NCBI GenBank assembly: GCA_965153455.1
Contig: OZ234494.1
Coordinates: 11,284,001 to 11,348,000, forward strand
DNA: 64,000 bases
Reading direction: 5' to 3'
Source: Sphagnum compactum
Taxonomy: Eukaryota
The notes under the pieces were generated by a model. The model did no database searches. It worked only from the letters and a program-made list of their open reading frames with translations, and had not been told where the DNA came from. The position numbers were made by a program, and so were the translations under genes. Positions 52,353 through 64,000 of this stretch are shown piece after piece; position 1 is the stretch's first letter; each line of letters starts with the position of its first letter.

Positions 52353-53384
52353 ATGACGATGAGGACGTTCTCCGGCGGGTTGCAGCAGCATTGCATGATG
52401 ACGGTCGCGGCAGTTGTTTTCCTGCTGTCTTCGGTCGCGGTGACGACAATCAACGCGCAGAATGTAACCGAGGTTCTCGCAGCATACCCAAACTACAGTA
52501 CTTTCAACAGGCTACTGAGCGCGACAGGAGTGATCGATGAAGTCGAAAGCCGCAATTCTCTCACCTTTCTGCTCCCACCCAACTCAGTACTTGACCCATT
52601 CGTCGCAAGCCACAGCAATCTCCCGCTCTCGGAAGTCGGCGATGTGATTAGGTACCACATCTTGCTACAGTATCTGGACGCGCCGGAGGTGCAACGCTTG
52701 AACAACGGATCAGGACTCGTGACCACACTCTACCAAACCACAGGGAGAGCCGCGGGGCAAGACGGGTTCGTGAACATCACCGACGAAGCAAATGGCGACA
52801 TTCTAGTCGGCCCAGTTAGCAGCAGCGGCTCGACTCCACAAGTCTCTATCCTCACCAACGTCACGCAGATTCCTTACAACTACAGTTTCTTCCAGATCAA
52901 TGGCGTTCTTGTCCCGGTTGGTCTCGGAGCCGCCCCTCCATCTCCACCTCCAGCAACTGCCCCTGTACCAGCTTCTGTAGCTCCCGTTCCAGCAGCAGCT
53001 ACCGGAACTCCAACTCTAGCTCCAACCCTGGGTCCCATTCTCGCACCTGTGCCTACTTCCTCGGTCTCACCCACGCTTGCACCGAGTCTTGTACCCACAT
53101 CTGGTGCAGCTCCTAGTCCTGGAGCAGTTGCACCAGTATCAACACCCATTGCAGCTCCAGTACCTGTTGCATCAGTACCTACTAGTGTTGCAACTCCTGC
53201 TACCTCTCCACCTTCTACAACTTCTGGAACATCAACTGCACCAGTTGAAGCTCCTGCATCTCCTCAGGGACCATCTCACAGTGGAGCAGCCGCAGCTTCT
53301 GCTTTCCAGCTGCAGTCCACGAAGGGGGTGGCGTTTCTCCTCACTACTGCAATCTCCGCAATGGCCACTGTTGTTTTCCTGTAG
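52353..53384 (+). CDS. FLA: Fasciclin-like arabinogalactan protein (single FAS1 domain, probably GPI-anchored), about 343 aa
   Basis: Signal peptide ending in INA|QNVT, then a FAS1 domain (NYSTFNRLL, LTFLLPPNS, YHILLQY, TTLYQTTG, GFVNITD, FQINGVLVP). This is followed by a Pro/Ala/Ser/Thr-rich AGP region and a hydrophobic C-terminal tail. The CDS has no intron. A 5'UTR intron is likely at about 51583-52252. The true start could be a downstream ATG. Confidence 0.93.
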   Translation: MTMRTFSGGLQQHCMMTVAAVVFLLSSVAVTTINAQNVTEVLAAYPNYSTFNRLLSATGVIDEVESRNSLTFLLPPNSVLDPFVASHSNLPLSEVGDVIRYHILLQYLDAPEVQRLNNGSGLVTTLYQTTGRAAGQDGFVNITDEANGDILVGPVSSSGSTPQVSILTNVTQIPYNYSFFQINGVLVPVGLGAAPPSPPPATAPVPASVAPVPAAATGTPTLAPTLGPILAPVPTSSVSPTLAPSLVPTSGAAPSPGAVAPVSTPIAAPVPVASVPTSVATPATSPPSTTSGTSTAPVEAPASPQGPSHSGAAAASAFQLQSTKGVAFLLTTAISAMATVVFL

Positions 53385-56300
53385 ATCATGAAAGTCTAGC
53401 TGCTCATCTGGCTGATCATTGCATTGCATTTCATTTCCTTCATTCATTCAGATTTTCATTCTCTTTTCCTTTGTGCAGCTTGTGAGATCATGAGTACTGG
53501 ATCCTAGCTAATTACTACGAGACCTGTGCTTGGATTTTCAATTGTTTCTGATTTTACTTAGAGTTTTAAAAACCCATTAGAAGAAGAAGAAGAAGAAGAA
53601 GATGCATGGATTCAGGCAGAAGTCTGGTGTACTCTCAGATCTGTCAAGACACTATTTTGGAATAAATTGCAAAACTAGTGATCCAGAAATTCAAATGATG
53701 TTCTTGACTTCAAAGAAAAAAAGAAAAACTGTTTGTTTGTTCTTTTGGGTCATTTTGCTTACATGTATAATATGGATACATTAAAATCATGTTAAAGGCT
53801 GCAACAGCAATTGCATTGTTTGAGCACACACACACACATACATATATATATGCAGTCAGTGATGATGATCATAGTGCTTGTTGGTAATGTGGGTTGTGTG
53901 GGTTGTGATCTAGAATTTTGTGAGTTGTTTGCTTTACAAGTAATTATTGAAACTAAGTTTCGTTGTGATATACTTTCTTCCAGCTTGCTTTGTGTTGCTT
54001 CTTGTCTAGATTAAAAATTTGCTGTAGCTGATTCTCTGCCCTGGCCTGATGATGGATGAAGCACAGGTGTGTAAATTCATGACTTGGGCTAGAAGAGTAT
54101 TTTGGGAGAGAGAATAATTCTCGTTCACATTAATCTTTCTTACACTGCAAGGTGCTGCTTGGTGGTGTTGATGAAGGAAGGTGTGTGAGATTGAGCAACA
54201 AATTGCAGTAGGATTGAAAATGGCAAAGATCAGCAACTTTGTAATGAATAATGAATTAAATATATATTGAATTTTTTTGGGCATTGTGGGTGCAAAAAGT
54301 TACAACTAATTTTGAAATGAAAACTTTTGTGCACTACCAACTTTTTAGGGTTCAGAGATTTTTGTGACAATCTTTATCAAATTTGAACTATTGTCGACTA
54401 CCATATTTGAAAAACTTCTTTTCCAAAAGAAAGATTGCCCTTTGGATGCGCCTAAAAATCCTGCAAATCATGAGCTGGTAGTGAGTGTTAATAAATTAGG
54501 GTTTATCTTTTATTATTGTCCTTGGGTTAGTTCTCCTGAAACTTTGCAACTTAACAAACAGTGTCCTCGTATTCACAAGTTTTCTAGATACTTGCATCAT
54601 CTCCTTTATAAAAAGTCTTGTCCATGGGAGCAACTAGCTTGGCTATATTAGAGTGAGCTTTAGCCAATTTGTGGAAGACCACAAGACTAAGTCTTTTTAA
54701 TTTTACCGATCTTTTAATTTTATTTATTGGCCTTGCCTACTACCAAGGCTCTTAAGGATATTGTGTTTAGATTCATTATAGAGAATAGTTGCTTAAGGGA
54801 TTGTTGGCCCCCTACGTATGTAATAGGTCTATTTTTTATTATAAGGATTTTTGAAAGATGATATTTTGGCTTGTGTTGAAACTTGAGATTACTTATAGAG
54901 TTATGATATCTTGAAGGAGTTTGGGTTTCTTTTAGAGGAGTTTTTTTTGAAGATTATATTTTTGCATGGTGAAATATATTTGAACTTTCATAATTCTTCT
55001 TTTGCCTTAAGATTACTAATTTTCAATGTAAATGGCAAGGGCACGGTGTGACACACCCCCTTGTTAGTGTATGAGTTGTGTCCCGATTGTTATGTTCTTT
55101 GGTGACATGTCTTCTCTCGTCCTTTTACTTTGCCTTGTACCTCTGTACCAGATGGGTTCTCATCCTTGCCTTGCCTTTTTTAATATATATATATACAGGG
55201 TTTTTCTTCCTCTTTATGTCTTCTTTATACAATCCCTGCAATTACATTATTTAGTTGGTTTTTTTTAATAGTTGTTGGTTATTTTTGGCATGTTATGTTT
55301 AGAACTTATTTGCTATTTACTTGCATTATCTGGGCATTGCTTTTCTTTTTCTTATTTTCAAATTACTATTTTTTTGGGTGAGGAAATTGGAAGAGATACC
55401 CAAATGTTGACTCCTGTGACAACCAAAGGCATTTTGGCTAGTTTGGGTAAATAAATATGACGGCATACTTTACATTAGAATTTAGAACCCCAAGAATCAG
55501 CTCAACCCAAAATGGAGCATTCCTATTGGTCAATTGTTCAAAACCTAAATTATGTGGTTGCCTACATGACAACATTTTGGTGCTAAATTCTTGGGCCAAT
55601 TCTTTAAAACGGAAATTTCATAAATTGAAAAGCCAACTTCTTATGCTTATTAGCTCAAGAATTGTAGCCCAAGTGTTGTGTATGATTGATTTACACACAA
55701 AAATTCATGTGTTTTGTCATATCATGGCTGGCATCTTGCTAGATGAATGCAAGAATGCAAATCAAGGTTTGTTTTATTTCAAATTTCTAATGTTGCATCA
55801 TGTGCAAGCATCCCAAGAGAGATTTAACATTAAATGGTGACAAGTTTGTAGAACCTGTCAAGAATGTTTTAAAAAAATGGAAATAAAAGTTTGCCTCCCA
55901 AATTTAAGTGGAAATGTGGCAAAAAATTTCCCAAAAAAATTCAAATTAAAAAAAGTTTCAATTATGTACATGATATGTGATAATACTATTGCTATGTTGA
56001 GAAATATGAGTAACTTGATAAAAATAAATGAGAAATATTTGGAACAATTGTTAGTCAAACAACACACATGTGAATGTTCGAAGTTGAAAAACATTTATGA
56101 ACAGCATTCATATCCTACAACGATTTTTATTTTTTTGAAGTATCATATGGAAGAAGTCGATATTACAAACCATGTGAACATGAACATGAATAATTATAAT
56201 TTAATTAGTTATAGGATAAATTCATGTTTTTTTGAAATCAAGATATATTCAATATAGGGCATGCTTTAATTTTTAATGTTAAAAAAATATAAATATATAT

Positions 56301-57654
56301 AACATATGTGTTAAATATTTTAAATATTAGTTGTTAGTAAGTTCAATTAGTAGATTAATACGGTGAAAGCATAGGCAAGTGGACCATTAAAAAAAAATAT
56401 TTGATAATTAAATTATCTAAAATTCGCATGTAAGCATGAAAATAGTTCAAAAACTCCTCTTGTTATAATACAAACTTTGCATATCTTTATTGACCTCATA
56501 AGAATATAAACCTAAAGTTTGAAATAGAATTACATCATAAAAATTTATTAAAAATACATTGGAATACATTGGTGTAAATGTGTTAAAACACATTTCATTT
56601 CCAAAAATAAAATTATATATATATATAAATTGTAAGTTACATGTTTTCACAAAATCTATGATATATGTTAATGCAAGATTTTTCAAATTTTTGATTTAAA
56701 TGTTGTTTTAATCTATTTGGAATTACTTTTTAAATTTTCACAGTGTAAAGAATAGATTTCAACCTATTTTCATTTCATAATAACCTATTTAACTGCCTAT
56801 TTAATATTTTTCTGAATATTATTATATAAAATTTGAAAACATATTAATTTCAATCTTTTAACCCAACCAAATTACTTGTTTAACAATCTAATGACACATT
56901 TTGTCACAGTTTCCATTCAAACCAAAAAAATACATTGGTTAGTGCAACTAATTATGCTTTCATCTAATAAGTGAATTAATATAAGCAAATGCGAGGAACA
57001 TGAAATGAATATGAAATGAAAGATCCCTCCACATCATTGATAGTTGAATAATCATTTTGAAAATATTTACATTTTGAATGGGTATTTTGTTCTTCCACCT
57101 CCCCAATTACCTAATTGAAGAATATGTGAAATTCATATATAGTATGTTGAAAACATAATAGTCTTATCACATAATATTATCATGTTTAGTTGCAAATTGT
57201 TAGCCATCACAACTTCAAGTACTAAATTGAATCTTCATATAATATAGGGTATCAATTAAACAAACAAAGGAAGCTATATCTAGGTAGTGCAGGTGCCCTA
57301 AGAAAGAGACTTGGCAAGCTCAAAAAGGCAAAAATTATAGTTAAATTGAAGGTGGCTAAAATATGTGCATATTAAAAAAATTATTAAATTGAATCTAGGT
57401 TTAAAATAATAATTCCTTCACATAATAACCCCAAACAATATCTTGTTTGATGCATGTAATGTAAGGTTTTAACATTTAATGTCTCCCTTGGGGGTTGGTT
57501 GTAATCTTCTACCTAGTTTAAACATCTTTCATTTGCAAGGGATAGTGCTTTGATTTGTAAATTGTAAATTTAAAAAATTTGAAATTACAGATGTTAAAAA
57601 TATTTTAAAAAAAATTTAGCCAACTTTTAGAAGAGTGAAACCTTTTTCATGAAA

Positions 57655-57920
57655 ATAATGCCCCATACTATTTAAACAAAATGGATTTTGAAACATGATC
57701 ATTGTTTAAAATGCTACAAATATGATCCATCTAAGTGGAATGGATCTCACATTTTGTAATTTGGGATGAAGCTATGAATGTAGCAATGTATGTGTTTAAT
57801 AAATCTAGTAGCAAAACATTTAATGGAATAACACCTATAGAAGCATGGGCAAGGAAACCATCTAAATCAAACCATGGTGTTTGATTTCCAAGCTTTTGTG
57901 TTCATCCAAAGGGATTAAAA
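57655..57920 (+). mobile_element. Ty1/copia integrase remnant
   Basis: WDEAMNVAMYVFNKSSSKTFNGITPIEAWARKPS matches the copia integrase WAEAV.TA.YL.NR.P......TP.E.W.G.KP motif. Confidence 0.8.
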
Positions 57921-60900
57921 CATGAAATGAGTAGTAATAATGAAAATAAAATTGAACAAGAGATAACTACAAAGTGATCATAGTGAAACAATGATGAATG
58001 ATGAAATGACAATATGATTTGAGAGAAATGGCATTATGACATGACATAGAGGACCAATGTGACAATCATGCTAGATACATATATTATGAGATAACAAAAT
58101 AGCTTTTAGGTTTGAAAAACGAACTTAATGATTTGGTGTTAAGTTGTTTAGTTAACTTTTTGTTAAGTCAACACCAAATGTGAATGCATATGTAGTTAGA
58201 TACCTAGTTGTGATGGTAGGCAAAGACATCAATGATGTTAGTGCTAACAATTTTCAATCCAACACCACCAAGTGTGGCCATGCTATAACCATTGTATAAA
58301 AGTTTATAAATGCAAGATTCATCTTCTTGACTTGAATTACATGCCAATGGATCAACAAGAACCAACCAGACCATAAAATGGGGCAACCTTAAATGTAACT
58401 CTAAACTCAACTCAAAGTATGCCCCTTCATTTTCAAGAAAATGTTATAGCAACTTGTCATTATCATGCATGTTGTTGAAGGTCATCAAACATACATGATT
58501 GTCATTATTGTTGACATTACTCTTTGAAATTTGATATGTTATATTTAGATTTGGGATGTCCTCTTTTTCATGTTTGTTGATACATTACTGGATTTGGAAT
58601 ATCTATAACCTTAATTCAATTGATATTGACTTAAATCATATATGTATGGAGAACTTTTGAATATGTCAAAATAGTTTTTCTCTTGTGAATATTCAACCTT
58701 CAAGTAGTCATCAATTGAATTCTTCAACATCTACCTTTTATCTTTTAATATTTTATGCTTGTAGAAGGCCCTAGAAGGTTGTCATTGGTTCTTTGGAACT
58801 TTTGTTTTGGGAGGTGCTCCTAAGTTTGAAATTTCTTTTGTAAACCTTATAATGCCTAGTTTTAGTTCCATCAAGAAAGTCATTCTATGGCTTTAAATTT
58901 TAACAATGTCTTTTTTTTTTATATTGTGTGCTTTCTATGTCTTAATCTCCACCATCTTGTACAAAACATGTTCAACATGTTTTTTTGGTTGATATTTTTG
59001 AATTTGAATTTGGATAACCTCATTTCTCAAATACTATTCAAGTTACCTTAAATTGTGAGTATGAGAACTTCTCAAATTTATAACAATATCAATTTTGGGA
59101 AATTGACCCAAAGCTTGGGAATTTAGCACTAATCCTAAACAAAACCAAAAGGCTCAAAACTAAATATGTGATGGTTGGTGTTAAAAGGTTTTACACTATT
59201 TTTATGAATGTGATGATGTAATAGGTCAAAACCTTATTTATATAATCTTGATTTGCTCTCCATATGGTAGAGGTGGACACCTCTAAGATCTTTCTTCAAT
59301 TATTGCCTCATTTTTTTTGGATAAATTTTATGCAATTTGCAAAATTTTGGGTTTTTTTTTCCCTTGTGTGTTGTGACTTTTTTTCCATTCTCTTATTGTT
59401 TATGTGATTAAATTTCCCAACTCTTTGAATTGTATTTTGCATCTACTCTACCAACAAAGATATTAACCTTTTCTTAGACTTTAATGAATAGATATTAACC
59501 TTTTTTTTTAGACTTCAATGAATATACATGTATTTTTATAGCCTTCAATAGCATTGTCAACAATATTCTAAGCTAATGCATGCAATTGTTTCCATATATT
59601 TATAAGATTGTACAAAGATCTTCACAACAATTTGAAAATAGTAATCACAATAATGAATGTGGTCATAACCTTATGAGAATTACTCATTCACAAAGTTTCA
59701 AACCATCACCTTTATCATGAATAATAGTAACATTGAGTTATAATGACTATGTGATAGTGGGTGTAGATAAAGATGCAAAAATGATGTTTAGTTTATTATC
59801 ATAGTACTTGGGCAACTTTGACATAAATTAAATTATTTTCAACTTTGTCGGAATTTTCAAAAAAAATTCAGCCCTTCTATCGAAATTTTCAAAAACAATT
59901 GCGAACTAATTTTGAACTAGGTACTTTGCCTGTTCAAATCAATTACTTTACATCAATCAAATCAGTTCCTTTACATCCATCTGATCACTAACATAGTGAA
60001 ATACCTTAAAAATTCTAATGAATGTTATTAGATATATTACACATATGTCAAAATTTTCAAATTTTTAAAAAAAGCTGCTTAACCAAAAATTCTGAATTAA
60101 ATTAATTATTCAACAAAGAATTGCCAAAACTGCCTAGATATTACTCGATAGTAAGTATGTTGTATTGTATCGGTATGTAAAAACATAGAAACAAAAACTT
60201 TTGAATGACACATTAAGGGTGGTGATAAAAGTTGTCAATTAACAAATTTGTCATGCCTGTATACATGGTCTCATACATGACGACCGGTTACGAGCATGTC
60301 AATCATGTTTTTAGAGTTAATGTACGTTCTTAGGTTATTGTGTGCTATTAGGTGTTTTAGGGTTATGGCTTGTTTAGGGTTTCAGCTTGTTAACAGCTGT
60401 ATAAAAAGTCAAGTTTTTTTCTTCTCTTATTAGTTTTTCTAGAATTCCTTTGTCAGGGAAAGTTTCTTCCATAGTCAGACTAGATTTCTAAATGCTCACT
60501 GCGACTAACATTTACATACACTACATTTTCTTTCCCTCTTTTCAATTTAATACATGAAAATTTCATCTCAACCTCCTCTTGTGCATTGTATATATATGTG
60601 AGTGCATCTCTTTTTGGTTGATTAGTTTCTACCTTTGACTAGTTTTAGTCTTTCTATTCAATAGAATTTACTATGAATTTACACCCTTACGACACCAAAC
60701 GTTATGACACTACACGTCACCACAAATTAAGGATTGGTGGCTCAAATGCATAAAGAGTCACGTACCTACCATTTAACAAACAAAAACACACGAGATTCAT
60801 AAACACATGTTGGAAGTGAGTCCAACAACTTATGCAAAGGAAAAGTTGGTATGTGAAGTGGCCTAGCATTACAAAATCACATACCTTATGGTTCTCTTCA

Positions 60901-61425
60901 TTGAAAAACAAAAACTATAGAACTTGATGCATAATGCAAATTAAAACTTTAGTGTAAACACTCCCCCCCCTCACCAAATTGCATGATGCAAATCCCACAA
61001 ATCCTTCAGTGATGATGGTGTGTGGCTGTGCGATTGGTGTGAGTGAAAAGAGAGAGAGAAAATTTGAGGCGTAGTTGCAATTGGTAGCAGCAGTAGTAGA
61101 GTAGCTTTTGAAAGCACGACAAAAGCCGTCCAAGAGCGTTATCTGCGCGAGAGAGAGCAGCTCCCTTCATTGGCTGCTTATCTTATCTCATCCCTCCCAG
61201 CGTCCCCCCGTTCTCTGCCCGAACTGTTGCTGCCCGTCGTCTCTCTCGCTTCCCTCCCCCTCCGCCTCCCTCTCCCCGCCCATTCCTGGACCTCTCTCTC
61301 CTCTCCGCTGCACTGCACACGCAGAAGAACGACACGCACTACTCTTTGCCCTACTCTTCGCCTTCCCGTTCCCCTTGCCAGGCTTGTGAGCAAGAAAGTA
61401 AACAGGACAGAAGAGTAGCAGCGAG

Positions 61426-62822
61426 ATGGCGTGTGTATCGGCCGTGAGTGTAACCCTGACCGCCTGTGTGGTCCCTGTTGCAGCACAAGTCTCTGGAACC
61501 AAGTCGACTACTTTGTCGTCCGGGAAAAGTTTGGCGCTGGCTTCTTCTTCTCCAAGTAAAAGCTTCGCCTCTAAGCTTAATGTGACTAACAAGAGCAGAG
61601 TAACCATGAGGTTTGTGTTTCTTTCCTTGGTATTTCTCTCTTTCTCTCTTTTTTCTCGGTTTTGTCTATCAATCTGCCTTCCTTTGCTCTCTTTTTTCTT
61701 CTTCTGTTTGCTTTGTGAATTAGGTATTGATTGTTCCTCTGTTCGACTGATGAAATGCGAACCGTATGAGATTCTTTGATACTATGCTTCTTGTTCAAGT
61801 GTGCATTTTCACCATGCTTCGGCTGCGCACAGTTCTTCATGTTTATGTATTTGTGATGATGATTCCCTAACTCGTGTTCTTGTAAACTCGAACGTCGCGT
61901 TAGGACTGCGATTGTTGGGAAATTCTTTGTCGAAATATAATGCCAAACGGTCGGATATGGATTGCTGCCACACACATTTTGTCTTGTCTAAAGAATATTT
62001 GCCACTGATCGGACTGCACTTTAAGTTTGACCTGCAAAGCCTTTCATACAATTATTGAGGATGCAACCTCTTCTTCAAGAATCCAGTTACCATACAAGTA
62101 GTTCAAAGGCTAGTGCAAAGCTCTGGTCTTTCCCTACAATTTTCTTCACAATGACTTTGCATTGGTTCTGCAAATCGTGCTCCCATGTGTTGTGATTGAC
62201 GCACAGTACAAGCAGATGTTATGCACACACATCAGATAGGTGTGCCACCAGTGAATTGCAATTCCAGTTCTGAAGGTTTGTCTCTTTCATGCCGAGTTGG
62301 TTGCATCTGGCTATCCACCAGCAACTTTTCTGAGCTCTGTTCTCAGCTGTCTCTTGCTGATTCAGTCAGTGGATCTGTGACAAGTGTTTTGAACTTGTTG
62401 TAAGACTGGACCACTTAGAGATGTGTGGCTGGGTTAAGGGTTCTCCAGCTCATCAATGTGAAGATCACAAAGTGTAGGAGAAGTAGACTAAGCCCAGTTG
62501 AGTGAGAACCCTATTTGGCTCTCGGTTTTAAGCATGCAATCTGCAGGATGTTGTGTATTCCCTGTGGATTCCCTGACCTCTCTATTACGGATTCAATTGA
62601 ATGTGCAGTGCCTCACAGAAGGAGCAAAACATTGCAGGGCTAACAGGTTTGGCTCTGCTAGCAGCAGCTGTGGTTCCAGAGATTGCTGAGGCTGCCCAAC
62701 CAGGTGTCTCTGCCTCTCTAAAGAACTTGCTCTTCAGCGTAGTTGCTGGAGGAGTAGTGCTTGTTGCAATTGGAGGTGCTGTTGCAGGAGTGTCCACCTT
62801 TGACCCTGTGAAAAGACGTTGA
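61426..62822 (+). CDS. PSBX: Photosystem II subunit X precursor, nuclear-encoded, 132 aa (exons 61426-61610, 62609-62822)
   Basis: Ser/Thr-rich transit peptide, a thylakoid signal ending AEA, and mature [42 protein letters not shown] typical of PsbX. A phase-2 GT-AG intron keeps the frame, for 399 nt total. Confidence 0.95.
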
Positions 62823-64000
62823 GAAAGCAGTGCCAGATGTAAAACAGCAACTGGTTCTGGAAATCTGAAGGCTTTTTGGATTGTTCACTCCATGTGTATG
62901 TTGTATGTAATATTCAGGCCCTTGACCTCTTGCCATATTGTAAGTGTATGATTCAAATGTATCAAGCACATTTCAGATCTCTGTTTTACTTTCTTGTCTC
63001 ATGTTTTTCTCTTTGAAGTTTGGATTTGGAAACCTCACACTACTTTTACATCAGTACTTATATAGCAATCAACTGCTTGCAATCACTCTTTGCATTTTTC
63101 TATCATCTGTGGGTGGTTACCAATTCTTTGATGTGTACATGATATTGCAGTGAACTGTCATCATTCTTATGTTGAAATGAACAGAGGTTGCTTGTGGGTG
63201 CAGTAAACTTTGTTTTTATCACCTCCTCATATCATAAACAACAGCTCCTGTCGGTGAGCAAAATGAGGCTAGAGTTTTGCTGATTTCAGATGATTGTGAG
63301 TACTAGAAACTTGCCAATTTGTGTCTTTGCGCAACCACAACTGGTTTGTATGGTTTATGGATATGCAATCTTAGTTCATAGTGATGATACTGTTGCCTAC
63401 TATGCACGGTAGATGCTATGGTTCTCCTTATCTTCATTCGCCTTGAACTCCAGCTGCACCCCACCATGACACCATGTTTCTGTGTTCTAATCCAACGGGT
63501 TGTTTTTTACCCCTTTAAAAGTTGTGAAAATTTTGTAAGCTATTTGAACAGAAATTTTCTGTCACCTGAATATCGAGCCCATAAGCTTAGAAACTTCCAC
63601 AATTATGATCAACTCAAAGAGTTATGTATGGGCTTTGATTATTTAGCCATGGAGAAACTAATTTGTGGGTTATGGTGGCAATACCTCTTTTAGGAGCTTA
63701 TTAGGATCCCATGGTGTATCTTCTTCAAATACCTACGGAGCAATCAATACAAGTAGAATTATTTCTTTCATGATGAAACCCACTTGTTTTGCACAAATTA
63801 CAAAATCATCTCACATTATGAATCCATGGATCAGAAAAACACCAACTTGTTGGCACAAATGTCATTGCAAAAGTAAGCGAATCTAGGAAAGGAAGGCATT
63901 GAAAATTACTTGAGAAGCTGGTGTAAGCAAAGCTATGAGTGGTCGGAGATCAATACCTCCCTCCTATTACATGAATCAACCACCATATCAATGGGGCAAG

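Noticed and set aside
55000..56700. Several 60-127-aa ORFs
   Set aside because: They are AT-rich, low-complexity frames with no recognisable motifs, consistent with chance or TE debris.

Overview
Eukaryotic land-plant nuclear DNA with GT-AG introns, AT-rich intergenic sequence and many microsatellites. The repeat style and gene character suggest a moss, possibly Sphagnum, but that is inference only. I could build seven spliced protein-coding genes by hand: a 5'-incomplete bZIP factor (332-1588 +), Mediator subunit MED4 (-) head-to-head with Sec61 gamma (+), ribosomal protein RPS28 (+), a FAR-17a/AIG1-like ('rolling stone'-like) membrane protein (+), a fasciclin-like arabinogalactan protein (+) and photosystem II PsbX (+). 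There is also a probable decayed ANTH/AP180-type pseudogene (about 17.3-18.8 kb, -). The rest is mostly transposon debris: a structurally complete 702-bp non-autonomous Helitron, remnants of hAT, Ty1/copia, pogo-like and Harbinger elements, MITE-like hairpins and tandem duplications. I found no convincing new biological system. The best leads are a Helitron-like telo-box array upstream of RPS28, duplicated blocks in the MED4/SEC61G shared promoter, a probable micro-inversion in RPS28 intron 1, an atypical bZIP basic region and a few pre-miRNA/MITE-like hairpins. Exon boundaries were derived manually; TE remnant boundaries are approximate.
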